A stretch of DNA of 28,701 nucleotides, taken from positions 1 through 28,701 of the forward strand of contig CAZFVS010000004.1 of assembly GCA_964522265.1 (NCBI GenBank). The letters run 5' to 3'. Both the position numbers and the translations under genes were made by a program. The notes under the pieces are model-generated. The model did not search any database and was not told where the DNA came from. It was given only the letters and a program-made list of their open reading frames with translations. Positions 19,517 through 25,682 of the stretch are shown piece by piece. The number at the start of each line of letters is the position of its first letter. Within the stretch, counting starts at the first letter, position 1. This DNA is from an uncultured Gammaproteobacteria bacterium. GTDB taxonomy: Bacteria > Patescibacteriota > Microgenomatia > Daviesbacterales > UBA10151.

Positions 19517-21750
19517 AGTTCTGACTCATCCCTGCTATTAAAATCATACCTCATACAGGCCCAATCAAATGAATTCACTTTATTATCCCTGTTAAAATCT
19601 CCATTTCTTTGGGAGGATGACCTGCTTTCCCCCCATTCTCTATTTAACTCTGCTTTATCCGCTGAATTAATTACACCATCTCCGCCGTCTAAAGGAAAGA
19701 TATCACCAACAGGCAGTATCATATCAGGAATGATATTTACCCCTTCCTCAGCTGTAAAGGTAAATATCCGCCTTAAAGACATCGGCGCTTTCACAGAGAT
19801 GGTATAAGTTTTACCTGTTTCAAATTTTGTTTTAAGCCCTTGGACCTTCCCTTTTTTATCAACACTGACTATCTCTTTTTTGGGTTTAGATGTAGCGCTG
19901 CCCGATGCTTCGACCGAAGAAGGATCAGGTTCTTGGACAATAACAATTTCAACATCTTCTTGGGCATGATCACTGGGCTTGCGGCAAAACAATTTGGTCC
20001 CAAATTCAAGCTGCTCAAGCTGCCCGAGGGTACAGACTGTCTTGACCTCAACCCCATCAATCCTTTTTATTGCCAGAGGAAACTCTGCAGCCTCGTCTAA
20101 CTGCCCGAGGGAAAACTTTAACAGGGCATTGATGTTATTGTTATCCCATCTGTTAATTCTTACATCACCTGCACCAGAAGAATCATCGATTAAAAACTGG
20201 CCTTGCTCACTTCCAAAATTATTACCGGTCAGTTTGAATCTGATGCCATCCTCACCTAAACTCGTGGAACAGCTTTTGGAGGTAATTTGCGGATCCGGAC
20301 CAACAAATTTTATGGAAGCGTTCTTCCTTACAATAGTCCCTTTTGAACCGATAAATTCTATAAAAATAAACTTTTCAGGTTTTTTGTCGTCTGAAAATTT
20401 AAAGTTTACAACCACCGGCTCGATGGTGTATGGGATCTGCGGAGCATCTGCCAACCCATCAGGCGTTTCGGCGAATTTATAGAATGAAGTTTTCTCACCT
20501 TCAGAAGTAGACGGAGCAGTAGGTGTAGGTGAGGTAACCCCACCACTAGATGAGGGCGTTGGTTTAGGTGTCTTAGTAGGCTTGGGAGTTTTGGTTGGTT
20601 TAGGTGTCTTAGTAGGCTTGGGGGTAGGAGTACCGCTACCCCGGCAATAGTTGATATCCCTCTCATGTTCTGCAACCCATGCTTCGGCGGCTTTTTTAGG
20701 GTCATTATCGTTTCTCGCCAAAAAATCCTTTTGACTCTGTTCGCCCTCCGTACCAAACAGGCTCAACCCATCACAGGCTTTAATGATCGGAGCATCACTC
20801 AAATAGCCGCATACCCCATTGATCTGTCCTTTGTTGCGACATTCATAAAGGTCAGAACAAGCAGCAGACTTTGGTTGTACCTCTATTACATAACCTTCTT
20901 GCGCAAACTCTCCACCTTTTTTGTAACAAAAAGTATCAGGGTTGCCGCTGCATTCTGTATACGCATCACCTACATTTTCGCAAGTGTCTGTGTCTGCTTT
21001 TGCTATAGGAACAAACTCCTGTAACCAACCCGCTTCTTTTAGTTTTGGCGGCTCTTGGTCTGAAATGGTAATTTTGTCAATCATGAGCTCCCTGGTGCAT
21101 TTTGATGTCTGTTTTTCATTACTGTACTCTACGGTCACTGTATGCTTCTGGTCTGATAGTTTAGGATTGTCAAAATACTCCTGCCAGACAGTTGTTTTGA
21201 TAGGTTCGCTCAACACCCTTTTGCCATTCTCTATGCTGACCTTTACAGTAGGCCAGCCGCTGCAATCTTTAGCTTGGGCTCTCACTACAACATATTTCCC
21301 GGTGCCTGTAATCTCACCGGTGGCGGTACCTTTTTTGGTAAACCTCCTGGCCTTGCCACCGCTGGCATTGGTGTCATCAAAAACATCCCCATCACCTGTC
21401 ATAGCCTCTGCTTCCAAAACCTTGCTCACTCCTGGTGTTGGGGTAGGGGTAGCTGTGGGCGTAACTGTAGGGGTAGCTGTAGGAGTTGGTTCAGGTGTTC
21501 CAGGAGGCCCAATAGGGGAGACTGCCTCAACAGTAATGGGGTCAAGACAGGTAGCTACCAGCTTATTATCGCGGGCAACAACGCACTTTCCTTCAATAAA
21601 TTTTACATAACTTTGCTGGGCCCTGGAAGAAATAATCTGCTGCTGCCTGACAAGTGCAATCCCAACAGGCAGACCCAAGGCTATAATAATCAGCAATAAA
21701 ATATTAACAAGGTTTTTCCTTGTTTTCAGAAGGGTTATTAGATCATTCAC
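19513..21750 (-). CDS. Large secreted multidomain protein with a C-terminal dockerin, 745 aa
   Basis: Domains in order:
- aa 14-34: signal anchor.
- TP-rich linker.
- aa ~108-230: CBM6/35-like module (LEAEAM..D..NASGGKA...GKYVVVRA).
- aa ~255-370: Cys-rich module.
- aa 373-397: (PKPTKT)n linker.
- aa ~485-575: IPT/TIG-like module (FKLTGNNFGSEQG...).
- A beta-sandwich module.
- aa 682-745: dockerin with EF-hand-like loops DGGDGVINSAD and DFNRDNKVNSFD.
The start codon is GTG. Confidence 0.75.
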   Translation of the reverse strand: MNDLITLLKTRKNLVNILLLIIIALGLPVGIALVRQQQIISSRAQQSYVKFIEGKCVVARDNKLVATCLDPITVEAVSPIGPPGTPEPTPTATPTVTPTATPTPTPGVSKVLEAEAMTGDGDVFDDTNASGGKARRFTKKGTATGEITGTGKYVVVRAQAKDCSGWPTVKVSIENGKRVLSEPIKTTVWQEYFDNPKLSDQKHTVTVEYSNEKQTSKCTRELMIDKITISDQEPPKLKEAGWLQEFVPIAKADTDTCENVGDAYTECSGNPDTFCYKKGGEFAQEGYVIEVQPKSAACSDLYECRNKGQINGVCGYLSDAPIIKACDGLSLFGTEGEQSQKDFLARNDNDPKKAAEAWVAEHERDINYCRGSGTPTPKPTKTPKPTKTPKPTKTPKPTPSSSGGVTSPTPTAPSTSEGEKTSFYKFAETPDGLADAPQIPYTIEPVVVNFKFSDDKKPEKFIFIEFIGSKGTIVRKNASIKFVGPDPQITSKSCSTSLGEDGIRFKLTGNNFGSEQGQFLIDDSSGAGDVRINRWDNNNINALLKFSLGQLDEAAEFPLAIKRIDGVEVKTVCTLGQLEQLEFGTKLFCRKPSDHAQEDVEIVIVQEPDPSSVEASGSATSKPKKEIVSVDKKGKVQGLKTKFETGKTYTISVKAPMSLRRIFTFTAEEGVNIIPDMILPVGDIFPLDGGDGVINSADKAELNREWGESRSSSQRNGDFNRDNKVNSFDWACMRYDFNSRDESEL
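20571..20632. repeat. In-frame tandem repeat with a 36-nt period, encoding PKPTKTPKPTKT units
   Basis: The 26-mer ggtttaggtgtcttagtaggcttggg occurs at 20571-20596 and again at 20607-20632. Confidence 0.85.
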
Positions 21751-21757
21751 TACTTCT

Positions 21758-21787
21758 ATAGTGGAACAAACCAGACCATTTTGTCAA
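21758..21787 (-). promoter_or_regulatory. Possible operon promoter TTGACA-18-CACTAT, with the -10 box ending 7 nt upstream of the GTG at 21750
   Basis: A perfect -35 box lies on the minus strand (21787-21782). The -10 box is only a minimal match. Confidence 0.45.
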
Positions 21788-21875
21788 CCCCGATCCAACT
21801 GCGCTGAGGCCAAGTACTCATTCAAATATTGTACGACAATGATTTATTGGTAAAATCCGGATTTTTTTTAATATA

Positions 21876-22880
21876 TTACTTGTTACCGGGTACAGGTAGG
21901 GGATGGAAGCGTTTATGGGACTCCTGGGCAAATTTGTCGGAAGCATTGACATAACGGGTGGTAGTATTTAATGATTCGTGGCCCAGAAGCATTTGTATGG
22001 CAACCGGACTGGCTCCTTTCTCTGCCAAATAAGTAGCAAAACCATGGCGTAGGGAGTGAGGACTAATTGGAATATCAATTTTAAGCATTTCACGGTATTT
22101 TTTAATTTTTTCCTGTATATATCTGGTGGAAATTCTTCTTTGGGATTTATTAATAGTTTTTCCTTTAGTCGGAACAAATAATGCTTGCTGAGTATCATCT
22201 CTAAAACCAAGGTATTGGTTTAGAAATGCTTTTGCTCTTTCAGTAATATATGCAAACCGTTGTTTGCGTCCTTTTCCGGTTATTAAAATCCGTCCAGAAC
22301 GATTTAAATCGTGTATATTTAGGGATACAAGTTCAGATATACGCATTCCTGTTGCAAATAATACTTCAAGAATAGCCCTATTCCGTGATGCAATTTCTGG
22401 ATCGGATTCCAATACAGAAGGAGATTCTATCAAGGAGATTAGTTCGCTCAGTTCAGCAACATTTGGGTGCAACCGGTCTCTTTTAACCATCCTGAATTGG
22501 TCGGGTATTATTTCTAACCTAAAATCCTGATCAATTAAAAAGCGTAAATATGTCCTTACCGCCGATAAACATCTATTAATACTGGCGGGGGATAGATGTG
22601 ATTCGATTTTGAGCTTATTTGTAGCAGTTTTCCGGTCATCTGAAGCTAAATATGCCTTAAATTCGAAAACATTTCTTTTATCCATCTGGTTTAAAGTTAT
22701 CTCTTTTATTTTTAGGAAATCCTCGAATATAACCAGATCTTTTTGATAATTGTAAACAGTTTTGGGTGAGTAGTTATTAGTCTTAAGATATAAAAAAAAA
22801 TCTTCCACTTGAACCAGCAAGCTATGATTTATTATTCGCATAAGGATGATTATACGCATAATAACTAATCTTGAGTTCAA
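21876..22880 (-). CDS. Tyrosine recombinase of the XerC/XerD/integrase family with a complete active site
   Basis: Motifs present: ATGMRISEL, GKGRKQRFA, HSLRHGFATYL and LLGHESLNTTTRYV (catalytic Tyr). The start is uncertain. The longest ORF uses the TTG at 22880. The ATG at 22841 is preceded by TATAAT (22854-22849) 7 nt upstream. Confidence 0.85.
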   Translation of the reverse strand: MNSRLVIMRIIILMRIINHSLLVQVEDFFLYLKTNNYSPKTVYNYQKDLVIFEDFLKIKEITLNQMDKRNVFEFKAYLASDDRKTATNKLKIESHLSPASINRCLSAVRTYLRFLIDQDFRLEIIPDQFRMVKRDRLHPNVAELSELISLIESPSVLESDPEIASRNRAILEVLFATGMRISELVSLNIHDLNRSGRILITGKGRKQRFAYITERAKAFLNQYLGFRDDTQQALFVPTKGKTINKSQRRISTRYIQEKIKKYREMLKIDIPISPHSLRHGFATYLAEKGASPVAIQMLLGHESLNTTTRYVNASDKFAQESHKRFHPLPVPGNK

Positions 22881-22918
22881 TTGTCAAGTTTAAGGTTACT
22901 TCTCGACTCGTCTCGGCG

Positions 22919-22942
22919 AGGCGGGCGTGGCTTCGCCCGCCT
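22919..22942. other. Strong GC hairpin AGGCGGGCG-tggctt-CGCCCGCCT inside the 646-bp non-coding gap
   Basis: A 9-bp, all-Watson-Crick, GC-rich stem. No flanking T-run on either strand, so it is not a classical terminator. Confidence 0.6.
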
Positions 22943-23526
22943 TTGTGGCGTAGCCTTTTCCGGTCGTCTCGCAATTTAGCCTTGAGCCCTAAAATGACCC
23001 TTAAAACGGTTTATCGGCAGGGGAGATGTAGGATTGATCATTCTGAGTTTAGGCTGTTACAACGCGCTAAATAAAATTTAAGCTTTATCATCAAAGTACT
23101 AAAAAATTTTAAAAAAATTGCAGGATAAATTGGCAGAAATAGGTTCAATAAATCAGACTGAAAAATCTGCATTTTTGGTCCATGCTATCCCTTCATTATC
23201 TAAATGGGTGTCCCCTGAGAAATTAGGTTTATAACGTCGGACAATATCATGGTACGATATGCGCTTGGGTAGAAGTATACCCGAACAGAAAGGGTGGTGG
23301 AGAAAACAGACGATCAACTTAAATTTCGTTATATTCCGTGCTCCTTTATCACCTTCTTTTGAAATATCTTAAACTTATTCCCTACTGCATCGCTAAGTCC
23401 ATTTTTTTCACGCGTGTAAATTAATCTTTATAACACCCCTATCATATTTTTATCTTTTTGGGAATAGCTTATAGTTATCCACAATTCTCTAAGTTTGACT
23501 ATATCATTCTGTATCAATAATCTTTA

Positions 23527-24309
23527 TTAAACTCCCCAGGTAGTCACCAATGAGCTAAACAGTAATAATCCCCCCCCTACTCCAATGTATTCCCAGGTAA
23601 TTCTTTTGGTCAGTCTATCCTTAATGAATTCAGAAATAATCCCCAACATAACATAAATAATTACCGAGAGCGAAAAGGACCAAATAGTAGGTGCAACCGG
23701 CCAAAATGACAACGCTAATGCGGATTCACCCACCAGTAGTGAAAGTATCATGCTGTATACTAAAATTGTGGTGTCCACTTTTTCCATACCAACTGACCAG
23801 AGAATCTGCAAAATTAAAGGGAAACTAATTAAAAATACAGCCAAGGTATTAAGATAAAATGGGAGCTTCAGCGCAAAAACTACATTAAATAAAAAGAAGG
23901 CTGTGATCAGGGTAAAAAGGAAACTGACTGTAGAAGCCGCCCTGTACAAAGGAATTGTCCTCTGTGCAGCCACATTAAAAACATTTTGTGACAGAAGCAG
24001 GCTGTAAAACGACAGACCGAAGAGAAAAGCAACCGGAATACGCGTTAACCACCTAATTGGCAGTAAAAAGTAAAAACTTGCCACAGCAACGGTAAACATG
24101 GTAGGTAAAATCATCAACACTACCGCCTTTAGTTTACTCATACTCTCCCAAAGAGCCCAAAGTGACAGTAAATAGGCAAAAATCCCCAGGATAATAATTA
24201 ACCGGTAACTGATAAAGAAAAAGTTAACAAATTGAGTTGATAATAAACCTATAGTTATTAACACTGCCGCACTAATTATTTTTTGGCGTTTACTGAGATT
24301 AAATTTCAT
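23527..24309 (-). CDS. Polytopic integral membrane protein (about 8 TM), 260 aa
   Basis: Continuous alternation of hydrophobic helices. The ATG abuts the ruvC stop. No family recognised. Confidence 0.6.
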   Translation of the reverse strand: MKFNLSKRQKIISAAVLITIGLLSTQFVNFFFISYRLIIILGIFAYLLSLWALWESMSKLKAVVLMILPTMFTVAVASFYFLLPIRWLTRIPVAFLFGLSFYSLLLSQNVFNVAAQRTIPLYRAASTVSFLFTLITAFFLFNVVFALKLPFYLNTLAVFLISFPLILQILWSVGMEKVDTTILVYSMILSLLVGESALALSFWPVAPTIWSFSLSVIIYVMLGIISEFIKDRLTKRITWEYIGVGGGLLLFSSLVTTWGV

Positions 24310-24843
24310 TTATTTTGCTGCCAATTTTAGGGCGTGGCAAATAGCAATAGCAATAGCATCTGTGGCATCATCTAAATGTCCACCTTTCCAGTTCGCTTTT
24401 AGTTTTTTATGTTTGGGCCCTACTCCCCCTAAAAACTTCCTGACGCCTTCGTGTACCTGATTTTTATCAGCCCTCCCACTACCTGCAACCATCAGTTTTA
24501 TTGAAGGTCCGCTGTATTCATGAATAGGTACACCGTATTTTGCCGCAGAAAGCATTATCACTCCCCTAGCCTGCCCAACGGAAATTGCTGTCCTGGTGTT
24601 GGCACCAAAAAAGAGCATTTCAGTAATTAACATATCCGGCTTGTATTTTTCAATAATTCCGTTTAATTTATCATGAATCAGAAGCAGCCTGTCCTGCATT
24701 AATTTGTCTTTTGAGGTCGAAATATTTCCATAGGTAATAAGTTCTATGCCGTATTCAAACTCCCGCCCTAAAATATCATCCGGAATCTTAATGACACCAA
24801 AACCCGTGGTTGCAGTTCCAGGGTCAATACCAAGAAGAATCAT
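24310..24843 (-). CDS. ruvC: Holliday junction resolvase RuvC, 177 aa
   Basis: Motifs present: ILGIDPGTATTGFGVI, EMLFFGANTRTAISVGQARGV and a C-terminal DATDAIAIAICH. Confidence 0.92.
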   Translation of the reverse strand: MILLGIDPGTATTGFGVIKIPDDILGREFEYGIELITYGNISTSKDKLMQDRLLLIHDKLNGIIEKYKPDMLITEMLFFGANTRTAISVGQARGVIMLSAAKYGVPIHEYSGPSIKLMVAGSGRADKNQVHEGVRKFLGGVGPKHKKLKANWKGGHLDDATDAIAIAICHALKLAAK

Positions 24844-24851
24844 TGTTTAAT

Positions 24852-24880
24852 AATGTAGCGCAAATAAGTTTGCATAGCAA
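24852..24880 (-). promoter_or_regulatory. Possible ruvC promoter TTGCTA-17-TACATT, with the -10 box ending 8 nt upstream of the ATG at 24843
   Basis: Hexamers read on the minus strand at 24880-24875 and 24857-24852. Confidence 0.45.
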
Positions 24881-24888
24881 GTTAAATT

Positions 24889-24944
24889 TTTATCACACTT
24901 TATCACACCCCCCGGGTGTGAGTTTTTAGTAGTGTTAGTAGTGT
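24889..24944. repeat. Composite element upstream of ruvC: two tandem repeats flanking a hairpin
   Basis: Components, all read directly:
- Tandem tttatcacac x2 at 24889-24908.
- An 8-bp hairpin tcacaccc-ccc-gggtgtga at 24903-24921, followed by gttttt.
- Tandem tagtagtgt x2 at 24927-24944. Confidence 0.7.
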
Positions 24945-24953
24945 TTGGATATG

Positions 24954-24982
24954 AAAAGGGCGCCGGGTTTAATCCCGGCGCC
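24954..24982 (-). terminator. Intrinsic terminator of the zinc-ribbon gene: GGCGCCGGG-attaaa-CCCGGCGCC followed by CTTTT
   Basis: A 9-bp GC stem. The stop codon lies in the loop. A short T-run follows on the minus strand. Confidence 0.55.
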
Positions 24983-25232
24983 TGGCGGCCAAAGCCGCAT
25001 TAATCAACTTGTACTGCATCCCGGAAGGAATTCTCTCTGTCACCACATTTTCTGTGTGACAGTCATCACACAGAAACGATACCTCCGGTTCCCAAGTTTC
25101 GCCGCCATAAAAAACGGCATGGTTGAAAACTCTTAGATCTGACTCACCAACCTCCCACACCGTCTTGCACTCGCTGCAAGTGAACTTCTTAGCCCATCTG
25201 TCTCCACCTGAAATCCTTCGAACAGCTTTCAC
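24969..25232 (-). CDS. Small zinc-ribbon protein, 87 aa
   Basis: Two CxxC pairs (CSEC, CDDC). GTG start preceded by AGGAGG (25244-25239) at 6 nt. It has its own terminator. GC is visibly higher than in the neighbouring genes. Confidence 0.6.
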   Translation of the reverse strand: MKAVRRISGGDRWAKKFTCSECKTVWEVGESDLRVFNHAVFYGGETWEPEVSFLCDDCHTENVVTERIPSGMQYKLINAALAARRRD

Positions 25233-25353
25233 TGCCTACCTCCTGGTAGTAAAATTTCAAAGATCACTACAAAATGATTAACTGGGGCGCAAAAAGATTG
25301 CCTCAAGCTCTCATTTTGTAACAGAACAAATTTAGCACAAAATTACCCCATAG

Positions 25354-25578
25354 TCAATCATTAAGAAGTCCTACTGCTTCACTGAGCCTTGACTGGAAGT
25401 TTTGGATATCTTCAGGAAAAAGTATAAAGGTATTCCTTTTTTTCTCATCCCCTTCGCCAACAAACCTTGATTCAGTAACCTTAAGATACTTTTTGTTATT
25501 GGATGCAAGGTTTACATCAAAGAAAAAAGTTCGCCTTCCTGCTCTCAAAACTGAGGATTTTAATGCTTTCTTCTCCAT
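25354..25578 (-). CDS. PUR-alpha-like (DUF3276-type) single-stranded nucleic-acid-binding protein, 74 aa
   Basis: The pattern RAGRRTFFFDVNLASNNKKYLKVTESR...RNTFILFPEDIQNF matches a PUR repeat. It has the SD GGGAGGTGA and a promoter of its own. Confidence 0.65.
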   Translation of the reverse strand: MEKKALKSSVLRAGRRTFFFDVNLASNNKKYLKVTESRFVGEGDEKKRNTFILFPEDIQNFQSRLSEAVGLLND

Positions 25579-25648
25579 ACCTTTTACTCACCTCCCTTCC
25601 AAACCACTCTCTTTGACTAACCTATTAAGAGATTAAAGTTATAAATGT

Positions 25649-25677
25649 TTTATACCCGAAGAAAACCCATATGTCAA
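25649..25677 (-). promoter_or_regulatory. Near-consensus promoter TTGACA-17-TATAAA, about 70 nt upstream of the PUR-like gene
   Basis: Minus strand: TTGACA at 25677-25672 and TATAAA at 25654-25649. Confidence 0.6.
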
Positions 25678-25682
25678 TATAG

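Noticed and set aside
19979-21699. Several plus-strand ORFs (167, 119, 222 and 141 aa) inside the 745-aa dockerin-protein gene
   Set aside because: They are antisense shadows of a long gene with Pro/Thr/Gly-rich linkers. The minus-strand frame carries recognisable domain motifs along its whole length.
21751-21875. A fimS-like invertible promoter between the recombinase gene and the surface operon
   Set aside because: I found no pair of inverted repeats flanking the TTGACA promoter by eye. The idea is kept only as a hypothesis to test computationally.
22871-23074. A 67-aa plus-strand ORF in the non-coding gap
   Set aside because: It has a TTG start and no SD or promoter. Its Arg/Leu/Ser-rich product is generated by the GC hairpin region. 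The segment is more likely structured RNA or DNA than coding.
23200-23310. TPP-riboswitch-like fragments (gggtg..cctgaga ... acccgaac)
   Set aside because: The diagnostic CUGAGA and ACCxGAAC pieces are too far apart. The CCUGAUCUGGAUAAUGCCAGCG-type core is absent, and no downstream plus-strand gene exists.
23153-23317. A 54-aa minus-strand ORF (TTG start, MIVCFLHHPFCSG...ISYHDIVRRYKPNFSGDTHLDNEGIAWTKNADFSV) in the gap
   Set aside because: It has a non-ATG start, no convincing SD or -10 box, and I recognise no family. It could be a gene remnant, so BLASTX is worthwhile, but I cannot support it as a feature.
23475-23483. A perfect DnaA box TTATCCACA plus a nearby AT-rich tract, considered as oriC
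   Set aside because: - There is only one perfect box. About 0.2 are expected by chance in a window of this size on both strands.
- Other matches are 7/9 or worse.
- Genes on both sides run in the same direction.
- No dnaA or dnaN gene is nearby.
24945-25136. A 63-aa plus-strand ORF opposite the zinc-ribbon gene
   Set aside because: It is antisense to an ORF that has an SD, CxxC motifs and a terminator. It starts inside the terminator hairpin.
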